From Perna viridis (lineage: Eukaryota): a stretch of DNA of 64,000 nt. The DNA lies in the NCBI GenBank assembly GCA_037379345.1, contig CM074519.1, forward strand, positions 40,654,851 through 40,718,850, given 5' to 3'. The position numbers and the translations under genes are program-made. Within the stretch, counting starts at the first letter, position 1. Each line of letters begins with the position of its first letter. Below the pieces are notes generated by a model that made no database searches, was not told the DNA's origin, and saw nothing but the letters and a program-made list of their open reading frames with translations. Shown in pieces: positions 40,801 through 51,418 of this stretch.

Positions 40801-43800
40801 ACTCAATTTGCCTCCATCATATCCATGATTGATGCCTCCAAATCTTCAAATACAATAGATTTATCTCTTAAATATCAATGTGACTTCAGTAAAAAACTTG
40901 TCTTGCAATGATTTGCAACTCTTTACTGCACTACATGGGTTTCAAAAGGCCAAAAGGTCTATTTACTCAAGTCGTACGAAAAATTCTCATTAAGTCAAAT
41001 CTTTTACCAAACTGAATAGATTTTCACACTTTTTACCCACAATGCTTTGTATATTTGATTATACATTCAGTGGTCTTGCAGCTTAGATATAATTTACATT
41101 AACAATTCATTTAAGACCATTGATAGAACAAAGGTTGAGCCATGTACCAAAATGACATTCATTTAATCAAAAAAAAAAACTAAATGTACCTAGCAAGCAC
41201 CTGCTACAAGTGGAAGTAGTTCATACTGATTGTAACCAGTAAAATTTATGTAAATTTAATGCCAAAAAAGGCATGTAGCCACAGAGGTTGAACTTAGATA
41301 TATGTATTTATAAGAATAACACAAATAATGAAACTTACATTGATTTTAAGTCTCAGTCTCATTAACAATCTGGTAGGTAAAAAAGACCAGACATGGGGCA
41401 TCATCACTCTCATGCTACTGATTTAGTCTAAGATTTGCAAACTTATTTTTCAATACACAATTTATTTTATTAACATGCCTGTACAAAAATTTTTGTCAAA
41501 AGAGACCAGTGAGATTTTTAAATTTTTTTACATACAGTTTCAAAACTCAAATGCATTTTACCAGTGTCTTATAAAATGTTATACTTCACATTCAATTGAC
41601 AAGCATCACAGCAGGTTAACAAGTAACAGATGATAAAGTCTATGTAGAAAATCCTACTGCTGACTAAATCCTGCATATTTAACTGGTATTTCTACAGTAT
41701 TTTAATTACTTATACTGCAGTGTTCATTCTTTTCCTTTTGTATCATGCATATCAGGATAAGCAGGGTTAGATCCAGACACTTGAAAAGGAGGGGTGCCAG
41801 CCAGGGTTCATAAAATAAGGGGGTGCTAGGACATTATTTGCCATTTTTTTGGTCAATTTTACACATGAAAATAACAAATTTTCCAATAAAAAGGAGGGGT
41901 GCCAATCCCCTGTATCTTCCCCCTGAATCTCACACTATTTAAGCTACATACATGTACAATTAAAAGTTAACAGATAATATACTCTTCTAAAATGTATGAA
42001 AAGGAATTTCATTCAGGCCTTAATAAGTTCCATTCTCCATATAATTGTACATGTACTGGAGGATGGGTAAAATACTGCAAAACCATTCTAGGCCAGTAAT
42101 TTAACTTTGCTGCTATTTACTTCTGCCATGAATATGCTGTCTAACATCTATTCCACAAGAAAGGGACTTATCTGCACATTTTACCTTCACAAATTTAGAG
42201 GAAACAAGTGGCTTTCTTTAATTCAGGACATTTGAGCAAACTATAGAAAACCTATGACAGACCAACAAGACCTAAAATTTATCGCTGTCAAATAACCAAT
42301 GATCAAATGTCAAATTGAAACACAGTAGTATTATAAATCCATAAAAAAGAGAATTCAACCTGTCTTATTTGACCTACCAAGGTCACCAAGGTTACATAAG
42401 ACAGGTGATCTTTATAGACAGGTTAATTGAACATAGAATGCACTACTTAAGGATATTTATTTTTGAATACATGTGGTCACCAAGACAGGTTTGTGTAACA
42501 GAATCAGGGATTGCGAGAGAAGGCTTGCTGATTAAGTGCCAAATATTTTCTTTTCAAAAAGTATTTTTACTTTTCTGAAAAAAAAAAAAAAACACACTTT
42601 AGAACCAGGAGGGCTGTCTGAGTCTTGAAGTAGATAAAGTTTAAACTTTGAAATGAAAGAAATAAAAAAAAATTTTTTAAATCAACAAAAACTCAGTGTT
42701 ATTTCTTTTGAGACCATCCAACGGAAGTACCCCCTATCAAACAGAGGAAATTAACCTTGCTTAAGGTTATCAAATAATAAATTTCATTTAAAAAGGAAGC
42801 ATAAGATTACCTCTAGGACTATAAGATGTCAAAATATTTATAAAAGCTTCAAAATGATTAAAAGAAATGAGACAGGAAGTTTCCATTGCTCAACAAAGAG
42901 CAGGAAAGGTTGATGAACCACCTGTAATACTCTGTCATATTGAACCTGATAAAGAAGTTTAATTTGGAGTAATGGGTTTAAAATGTGGATTGTATTTTTT
43001 GTCTCTTTAAAGTTTTGATTAAGATTTAAATCACAGTTTCAATACAAAAATGCATTATATCCAAAGAACAGGAAATTGATATACTTTTTATTTGCACTTC
43101 TGGAACAAACTAATACTTCACAAGGGGAGTCTAAAAGATATGACACAAAGCTAATACAAAGTAATAGCAAATGAATAATGGAAGAATACCCATAGATTAA
43201 CTAGATGCAAAATCAAGGTCAAAATAAAGGTAAAAATATGTATGATTTTACACAATAAGATACACAAGTCAACAATACTGTTAACAAGGCATAATTTGAA
43301 TCTCAGGCCAAAAAAAAAGTATGTCTGTTTCCTGCTACCCTACCTACCCTAGTTTTTCATGCTTAATCTAAACATTTTTAGCCATTTTGGCTCAAGCACC
43401 ATTAAATTATAGATTGTTTCCCCATTAACTCAATGTTAAATGTTTTTTGAAAAATAAAATAATTTCCTACCTACCTATCCAATCTTTTTCTTGCTAGTAG
43501 CAGGAAACAAGACTTTTTTTTTGGGCCTTTGATCATTTTGAACTTAAATACAATAATTTATAAAGTAAATCAAACTGACCATAACATAGATGGTGGGTCA
43601 TGCCAAACTGACTTAGGGGATTAGTATTTTTTGCCTACAGCGATCTTACTAACCTACCCCTGCATGATGGCATAACTACTCACTTGATAGAGTGTTTCAA
43701 CTACTATAATGGGTCTTTTTACAGTCTTGAATACCTTTTGGGTCCCTCACAACCTTTTCTTCATAGATTCTGTTAAGTATGTCTGGCTGTTAGTAGCCGG

Positions 43801-46800
43801 GTAGTAAATACCCAACAGATGTCAGTGGCAGAGCCCAGCCTTCAGGATATCTGACCGAAAAACTCAGAGTTTACACGATCAGTAACTGATCATCTATCAT
43901 CTTGATTACGCTTTGTAGTCTCCCACAGAGGGTAATTACTTCATTAGTAGGAGATGACCTCTACATATCTTCACCCAAATGTGTGAATTTTGTGAAACTC
44001 AAAAATAAAATAATTGAAACCAAAACACAATATTAATCTGATTAAGTGATTAATTCTCTTATAACTTGATATCCTTGATATGTATCAAGTCAAAACTTTT
44101 AACCCTCATAATTTAAATTTTTGCCATTATTTAAAAGATTATCTTAGAGAACTTTGGACCAAAATAAAAGCAGGTGAAATATTTACCTCACACAATGAAA
44201 TACCAATTAGGATAGTAAAACTGTACAATTGTTAAGTGACATGCAATGAAGTCTAGACAATCCAAATTTGCTGATTTAATGGTTTTTATAACAAAAAGAT
44301 TTTTCTATCTTTAATCTGAAACACCACTCCTGTTTACATTAATGTTTATCATACTATGTTAATAGTAAGGGTAGATACATTTACACAGGGAGTATCTTCT
44401 TTTCCATTCCAGTATCCTTTGATTACAGCACTGCAGAAGGAATGACGGAAATGCCAAGTTCATGCTCAAGTAATCAGTCTGGAATCAAGTGTTGGGTACA
44501 AAAGAATGCAAACTATATTTACTGTAAGTACTACCCTCCTCCTTTCTATATAGCAAAGTATGATGTTCAATGCTGAGAAATTAGAGAATAAGTTAAGTTG
44601 AAATATATAAAGGAGGATTTGAAATACCACAAAGTTGACCAACTAATGGATAGACCGGAGACCTAATGGACATCAATAATCCTACCATCCTGCTCTATTT
44701 CCTTCACGGGGGTGAAGAAATGTTTCCATCATTTGACATTTGCTTTTTGAGGGTTTCACAGTATTCAGGGAAGGAATGACCTGCCAATTCAGGGACATGA
44801 TGACTAGTATCATTCCCTTTGCAAGCTAAATACATACCCCAAAAGACGCCTCAATCAAATCTACATAGATCTATTTTTCAATGTCAACAATATGCGACTT
44901 GATATGGATTTCAAATAAAAATATACAAATCGTAATTAGCCCACTTATAAGTTTATCCATTTTATTTTATAGATGTGATTTTCATTAAGCATTCATTTCT
45001 AAACTCAACAGAACAAACATTATACATAAAACAAACATAATACATTAGTTAAAGGTCCTTTTAAAAGCCATAATTACTATTTTATAGATGCAAAATACAG
45101 ATATATGGGATTGTCGATTTTCTATAATCCAACTTCAAATGACTTCCATGTAAGACATTTTCAGCTAGTTTTTGTGGGTTTCAGATTTATTCAGGCCCAC
45201 TTTATTTTAAGTACCCAATTATGAAAACTTCCCTAAGCTTATGTGTTGTGAAGAGATGATTTTTGGAATAGGAGTGATTGTAAAAAAGATTTAGATTTGA
45301 AATTTGCATTCAGGGCTGTACCCATTTTCTTTCAATTTCTATAAACTACAAGGTTTCAAATCTGAGAAATATTTCATAAATTTGTTCATATAAATTCAAA
45401 ATTAACAGAATTCTACAATGAACCTATGATACTAACAAGTTTCCAGAGCAAGCAAAGAACATTTCAATGTTTTTCTTCTTGTAATCCTTCATGTCCATGC
45501 TGAGCATTGCTCACCTGTAATTACCTGTCAATTACCCAGGTGTTAACCTGATCCAATGGATTATGGTCAATTAATTAATCTCTTTAATATTCTGAAAGTA
45601 TGATATTGAAATGCAGCTTTAAGTGGATTATACATGGAATGGCACCATAATGTCACATTCAGTTCCTTCCTGGCTTGTGTTTGCATATTAGTAGTGTAGA
45701 TTTAGAAAAAAGTACCATTTTGATCAAAACCCTATGTTGTGATCAAATGTTGAATGTCACCCTCAGGTGTGACACTTTAAAAACATATCTGTTGCTTGTA
45801 CATGTACTTGCATAATGCATATTCCCACTAAGTATTACACTGTTACATTCATCATGTTATCTCTATATATATAATATTGTCAGCACATCACCATAATAAG
45901 CTACATTTCAGCTGTCTCTTAAATGCCACTACTGAAATATGATCAAGCCTGAGTCAAGGAGAACCTAATTAAGACATAGGAATATTCTTCTAATTTATAT
46001 ATTATCACAAAGGAAATCAGAAACAGTGAGATGTCAGCTCGGAATATTAGTCATGGACAAATTCTATAGATATTATAGCTTATTTTTGGGGTACACATAT
46101 GCAATAAGCCATAATCCTATGAATGCTTATTTCAAGAATTTAATACATACAGTATATAAGATATACCCCCTTAAAAGTGACAGACAGAAGCATTACAGTA
46201 TAATTTGTTGTCTGACATGACTACCTATGTTGTAGGTAAGTACATTGCATCATATACTTTATTTGGACACCTATTTATGGTGTGTACCTGAGAAAGTGAC
46301 AGGTACATCACAAGAATTTATATAATTAACATGCCTGATGTGTTTTGTGCATTAGGAGCAGACATATAAATATTGTCTGATTTATAATGTGTGTATTGTG
46401 TATAATAAGAAATGAGGGTCCAACCTTTTGCCCAAACTATAAACAAAATAAACAATATTTTCAATCAAAATGGGGATGTCCTGCCCTTAATCCCTTTTGT
46501 AATTCAGTGTCCAGGGCTGTTTTCTGATTTGGTAGCCAAACCAGAAAACAGTTCCAAAAATCCTTTAAAGGGATTAGCAACATCTTACCTCTGGCTCTGA
46601 AACTCCGAAACCTCAAAGAGAACTATATGTAATGTGCTATTTGATGTTATTTTAGACCACATATGTAGCCACCAAAAATAGAGATGGCTGAATCAGAATA
46701 AAAACAGTGAAAACCCTTTTATCAAAACTTAAGTAATATGAAACTATGATTATTTTAATTTATAAGCATACGTTGAATTTCAAAAGCAGACGAAATCAAT

Positions 46801-46963
46801 ATAGGATTGTCGAGTTTTACCTGAGAAATTCTTGCAAACAGCTCTCACAAAATGTGTGACAACACGTTGTAATCTTCACTGGATATCTCATCGGCAAGCC
46901 ACACAATGAACAAAAACATCGCTTGCTCAATTTATCCACAAAAAACTCGGTGTATCCTGGCAT
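10180..46963 (-). CDS. TRAF4: TNF receptor-associated factor 4; join of 7 exons 46963-46821, 33763-33712, 14402-14298, 13671-13507, 13027-12866, 11349-11194, 10800-10180 (1404 nt, 467 aa)
   Basis: All introns are GT-AG with consistent phases. The protein has RING, TRAF zinc fingers, coiled coil and MATH domain, and is colinear with vertebrate TRAF4 (MPG.., IYPD, HQYQCPR, FLNGNG.GEG, DP.WK.F.KP, LGFGYPKF). Confidence 0.95.
11194..11349 (-). CDS. TRAF4: TRAF4 exon 6 (zinc finger)
   Basis: ttgcag|THQYQCPRFPVACPNRC...CTFKDAGCTHK|gtatgg, 156 nt. Confidence 0.95.
12866..13027 (-). CDS. TRAF4: TRAF4 exon 5 (zinc finger)
   Basis: tttatag|QHSGNCPYEVTWCENKCGAKLERRFIGNHMKNECHKRTVQCKYCNRDFVAETLQ|gtaact, 162 nt; not in the ORF track. 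Confidence 0.94.
13507..13671 (-). CDS. TRAF4: TRAF4 exon 4 (zinc finger)
   Basis: tttcag|AHLDQCRYEAISCPNKC...CPKRFVQCDICNQQFPGDIFEK|gtaaaa, 165 nt. Confidence 0.94.
14298..14402 (-). CDS. TRAF4: TRAF4 exon 3
   Basis: ttttcag|IYPDEELTSEVMNSLTRCRYVKEGCRWVDKLQNLQ|gtaggg, 105 nt. Confidence 0.93.
15808..16729 (+). mobile_element. Second truncated Penelope-like (Naiad-type) copy, antisense in TRAF4 intron 2, interrupted by a 203-bp insertion of the element's 3' end
   Basis: High identity to 4478-5190; RT peptides IYPKELEIKDTTD...ASYLDL...KRDDFSFRIVNFPF and ISQLICYVRACRN...KFYG. Confidence 0.9.
19790..19905 (+). repeat. Degraded interspersed repeat fragment (probable retroelement 3' end)
   Basis: ttgaagaccc...gtggccttg...ttgttgtct..ttgaca...tccattc resembles, from memory, a common mussel repeat; weaker relatives near 7255-7340 and 48030-48090. 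Not verified. Confidence 0.35.
26459..26795. repeat. Minisatellite, 41-bp unit x8
   Basis: Unit attgtgagccatcagacaggggcgttcaatctatacagtac repeated head-to-tail with few substitutions and no spacers. Confidence 0.97.
33712..33763 (-). CDS. TRAF4: TRAF4 exon 2 (RING C-terminal part)
   Basis: cccttgcag|C ACA GGA GTA TTT CGT TGT CCG GAG GAT...GCC CAG|gtatgt encodes (S)TGVFRCPEDDKQVDYAQ, matching TRAF4 EGVFKCPEDQLPLDYAK; 52 nt. Confidence 0.93.
39960..40110 (+). mobile_element. Degraded Helentron/HINE-like (pearl/DINE-type) element end
   Basis: GGAC/AGAC tetranucleotide remnants followed by a short terminal stem-loop (ccc...ggg); similar remnants near 34820-34890, 38570-38635, 44640-44715 and, reversed, 56970-57040. 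Confidence 0.45.
41761..41936. mobile_element. Degraded short MITE-like repeat
   Basis: GC-rich island with internal direct repeat aaaaggaggggtgcca and inverted ends agatccag / ctgaatct. Confidence 0.4.
43305..43528. mobile_element. MITE with about 28-bp terminal inverted repeats
   Basis: aggccaaaaaaaaagt..gtttcctgctac / gtagcaggaaac..acttttttttgggcct, with internal cctacctacc repeats. Confidence 0.75.
46821..46963 (-). CDS. TRAF4: TRAF4 exon 1 (start, RING N-terminal part)
   Basis: MPGYTEFFVDKLSKRCFCSLCGLPMRYPVKITTCCHTFCESCLQEFL(S)|gtaaaa, 143 nt; C3HC4 RING. Confidence 0.95.
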
Positions 46964-47600
46964 CGTGCTCCAACTTCTGGATCTGTCATAACACTTAACT
47001 TCCGATGACGTTTATTTGTGGGCGTGACGAAGGAACACGTGCGTGTCAAGTCTACTTTCACTTTGTTATTATCGAAGGTGTTTGAAATTGTTACGTAATA
47101 TTTAATCTTTTTAATTCAATAATCAATTGATTGGAAAATTGTACACATATTGATTCGTATAATATAAAGTGGGAGTAAGTAAAATATGTATCATCAAACA
47201 CGAGAACAACCACGCACATACATTGAACTGCAACGCAATCGGTTCCAATGCACAACTTCATTACTTCCGGGGAAAGTAAATTTCTATATATTTTTAAAAT
47301 TTTCTATAGAATGCAGAGTTCAAAAGTAGCATCGGGAAGTTTCAATTCATTTTTTTTTTAATTAACTATACAAGGATAAAATTATTCATTTAAACATATT
47401 AATTTACACCTAGTCCATCACCTCTTTTAAGAGCTGTTGAAAATATGTAACAGGTTTGAAGTCATAGAATGATTATTATTTTATGTTCCTTTAGAGCTTC
47501 TGTATTCTCTCTAAATTGTCGGTTTATATATTTAATGTTCTTATCGAAAATTCCGTTACAGCGAAAATTCTCCCGAACTTCTGTGTTTTTTCTGTATATA
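46964..47600 (-). promoter_or_regulatory. CpG-retaining TRAF4 promoter / 5'UTR region
   Basis: Many CpGs compared with the depleted gene body; TGACG half-sites, CACGTG, TTACGTAA, AAAGTGAAAGT (47054-47064, minus strand) and TTCCGGGGAA (47265-47274). Confidence 0.6.
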
Positions 47601-48742
47601 TACCATTGTGATATAGATAGTTTTATCGGAAGAAATCTTATATATAGAGCAATATCAAATATGATATATGCTTTTCAGGCTGCATATCAGCCCCTGTGTC
47701 CCATCTGAGTCGTTTATTTATTGCATACTAAATATAAAACATGTGTTCAACTTGGTTTTTAATTTTCCGGTGTCTATAATTGAAGCACATTTTAGATAAT
47801 TACGGTTTATTGTATTGGGTTTGGGTTCTTGCTTATCTAGTTCGGATGAATTAAGGCAATGACAATCATTTGCCAAGGTACATCTCACGAGCAAATGTCT
47901 CATATAACATTCGTAAAGCACTAATGTTTTGAATTTAATATTTTGAACTAATAGTATCGCTCTAATGTTCGTTGTATATACTGTACGTTCAGAATTAAGA
48001 AGTTACTTATCCTAACTTACATGGCCATTGCTGCTTTTGTTGGAGACCCCGGATGTTCCTTTACAGATTTATTATAAAGAGTGCATTTTGTTCCCATTCA
48101 TTACCAGTTTCCCATCGAAATAAGCGTTTACTATACTGGATACGATAGAACTGTTGTGCGTGAAAAAAAAACTGGGACATAAAATCACTTTAAAATCGTA
48201 ATGCTATGTTTACATTTCATCAAACGATCTGAGAAAATTAAAAAACACATTTTAGAAACCAAGGAAATATGGCGGGCCAATAGATATGTATTGAATTGTG
48301 GACTAAATAAAGTTTTTTCATTGATAATTAAGATGAACGTAGAAAGCGACAACAAAAATCATCATAAAATAATCAAGACGAGAAATGCCACCTTTGATAT
48401 AACATCTAAGATCTCCTGTTCTAAAATTAACTCTTTAATTATGTTTATCGTCGGTTTTTGTCATATTTAAATCTGTTAACTATAAAGAGCATGAACATAC
48501 TACAACAACAGAGCATTGAAAACTTCTAGTATTCTGTTGTGGTGTATCATAAAATGCAATCATGATTATACATGTATAATGCATTACTAAGTACAAACCA
48601 AGGCCAGCTACTATATACTTTTGTATTTTTTACCGATATATATATGTTAGCGGCAATAAGCAAAATCAGGCATTAAGCCTAAAGCCTAGTCAATAAGCTA
48701 TTGACTAGTCAATTACTAATTGCTTTAAAAAATCAGGCTTTA

Positions 48743-49209
48743 GGTTACAGACCACCAATTCAACCAATGAGCATTTGGAACGTACGCAAAAATAGTCCTA
48801 CGCAGAAATTACCCCTGTTCCTCATAGTGCTGTGAAAAAAGTTCTCATCTTATTTAAAACATTTAAACAGTTTCTGAAAGGAAACACATTTCTGTGCATT
48901 TTATAGGTGCATTTTGCTTCTTGTGATGTGAAGCCTAATCTCCATAATAATTTTTAAATATACCCCTATCTTGTGAAAACACTGGGATTTCCCATGCTAT
49001 TTATAGACCCTTCACTTCCGGTGACCAGTACTGCACTGCAAGTCTGCTAACCCCACATGCCATTCTGAGGATTGTGAGCTGACATATGTAGAATCATGCT
49101 GATATATAGTCCTCTGCAGGTTAAAGTTAAGGTAAAGTCCAGAGAAGCCATTGAATATTGTGAAATTAGCATAGAAGCCTATGAGAAGTGGAATTAGTGG
49201 TTTCTAGCC
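48743..49209. mobile_element. Nested MITE (GG...CC termini, TTTA TSD; Kolobok-like) inside the Ginger element
   Basis: TIR GGTTACAGACCACCAATTC vs reverse-complement GGCTAGAAACCACTAATTC (15/19); TTTA at 48739-48742 and 49210-49213. Removing it restores the host subterminal motif ggctttaggctta. Confidence 0.7.
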
Positions 49210-49376
49210 TTTAGGCTTATTCCCTGAAATGATAGTGGTCATAATCTACTTATTTCCTAGGCAATAATAAATAATGAAAGAAAGAAAACATTGCATTTTA
49301 ATCTTTTAAAAAAATATGCATTTAAAAGACATGACTAACACATTATCCTTTTTCAAAAGTAAGCAATTTTTTACAG

Positions 49377-49670
49377 GTAGACGAACATGGTCTCAGTAGA
49401 ATAGCCACCAAGTACGGGGAGCTGAAAGGGAAATACTGTTCAAATGAATTCAGTGTGTGTAAAAAGACATTGCTTAGTGGGAATGATACTAGTCGTGAAA
49501 CATCTCTAAGTGTTAGAGAGGCTGCAAATAAACAATCAATTTCCGGTGGCCAGGGTTTCCAACGTTGTAGCTGCACGACAAAATGCAACACAAACAGATG
49601 TAAATGCAGGAAAATGGGAAAGTTATGTAACAGCAGATGCCATTCTTCCAACACATGTGACAATAAGTGA
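49377..49670 (+). pseudogene. Terminal exon of Ginger-like transposase (KRBA2/SCAND3-like C-terminus with CXC-type Cys cluster)
   Basis: ttttttacag|VDEHGLSRIATKYGELKGKYCSNEF...SVREAANKQSISGGQGFQRCSCTTKCNTNRCKCRKMGKLCNSRCHSSNTCDNK*; no integrase core present. Confidence 0.75.
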
Positions 49671-51310
49671 CAAAATCACTAGCCTTATATATTTCTGTAT
49701 TATAATGTAAATGTGTTCAATTGTCAATAATTTAAATTCATGAGCTTTGGTTTATTTTAAAAGGCCAAAATTAAAGAAAAAATATGCACCAGGCAATAGG
49801 CCTAATGCCTGCCTCTTTTTTTTTCAGTCATTAGGCTTATTTCCTAGTCTTTAAGCTTAAAGCCTAACACATTTCAGTCAATAAGGTTATTGACTAGTCA
49901 ATAGCTTATTGCCTAGGCTTTAGGCTTAATGCCTGATTTTGCTTATTGCCGCTAACATATATACTATATTCGATACTGAATTTCATTGCTACGAATCACT
50001 GACACCAAAGACGTATTTCTACGGTCGACAGGTATATATTTCTCCTACTTATACGTAGGTTTTATGGGGACAATCCAGTTGTTTGGATTTTCATACTAAT
50101 AAAATTCTAATTCTGATTCTGATTCTTACTTACAGCGAGCCTTTTTCAATATAGATTAAGGCTAACTACGTCAAATTATGATTATCTTACCCATATCAGG
50201 CACGGATTCGCATGAACGTACCTGGCGTACACCCACTAAAGTTGGTGAAAAAAGCATTATTGCATGGAACCTAGATCTTTCACGTATATTGTCTTGATTA
50301 GCCTCACTTGGCCTTTTATTTACACCCCATCCTGAAATCCTTGATCGACCCCTGTATGTCTGATAGAAGGCATAAATAACACGAAGTACTGTTGTGCCGA
50401 GAATAGAATGGACCTTTCACCCTATGCAGTTGTGAATTGTCGAAAGTAGGAACTTTATATATATACTCACTGTCGACAGTAATCGTAATAAAAAAAATTT
50501 CTACTGAAAAGATAGTTACTGACTTTCCCGCTTCTTACATTTGAAAGAAAAAAATATCCACAGCTATACTTCAGCGTAACAGTCTTCTCTTTTTAGCAGT
50601 TAGGTAGAGAGAAAAAATATCATGAAAATTATTGTCAACATAAACCTTTCAAATCTTTAAAAAATAAAGAAAGAAACATACAAACTAGAAACTGCTATGT
50701 GGCCCATCAAGGTGTAGTTGACGTTTAAAAAAAAAAATGCCATCTTTTCTTCTAGGTTTGGTTCTTATTTTAACAAAGCACAATTTGTAGTACCACAGTT
50801 TTCAAAAAGTAAATACATGAGAAATCAAATATCTTATAATATATGTAAACCCTTGTAAAAAAAATACCATAACCAACAATATTACATTAAACTGCACCTT
50901 TTTATTTTTTTTAATTTCATTATATTTACTTGTCAAAAAGTCTTTTTTATCCTGAGCGTAATAACAAAAGTTGGAAATAAAATGCTTTTTGTTTGTTTGT
51001 TTGTGTTTTATTTTAAAGGATTTTCTAATTGAAATTTAAGATAAAATCCTTGGTTTTTTTGTTTTTTTGATTTGTTATTAAGCTGTTACTCCTTTTGCTT
51101 CTTTTTTCTGTATCAAAATGAGAAAATCAAAAAGTGTCGTGGATAATTTGAACAAAGGGAATCAACTCAAAAATATCAAAATAATCTAAGGTATTTTTCG
51201 AACGCCACTTTGAAAATTTTATGTACATCATCGAAGCGTTTGTAACAACGGCAAATATGCATCTGAGGTAGCGTTTACATTAACATCGATCAAAAACTTT
51301 GACGAAAAAA

Positions 51311-51418
51311 ATGACCAGCAAGGAATCAGAAGTTGACGGAAAAAGAAAAAGGAACCTCAAGAAGGACTCTTCCCCGACTCGAGGCGGTGATACGAAGAGA
51401 TCAAAGCCAGCAAGCAAT
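51311..51418 (+). CDS. THOC5: THOC5 exon 1
   Basis: [36 protein letters not shown]|gtaatc; basic NLS-like N-terminus, in a CpG-rich context. Confidence 0.85.

Larger units (their letters stand above)
48645..49957 (+). mobile_element. Non-autonomous Ginger-like (Ginger2/TDD, integrase-type) DNA transposon
   Basis: 69-bp TIRs with 1 mismatch, TGT...ACA termini, TATA on both sides (4-bp TSD), and a retained Cys-rich transposase C-terminus. Confidence 0.85.
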
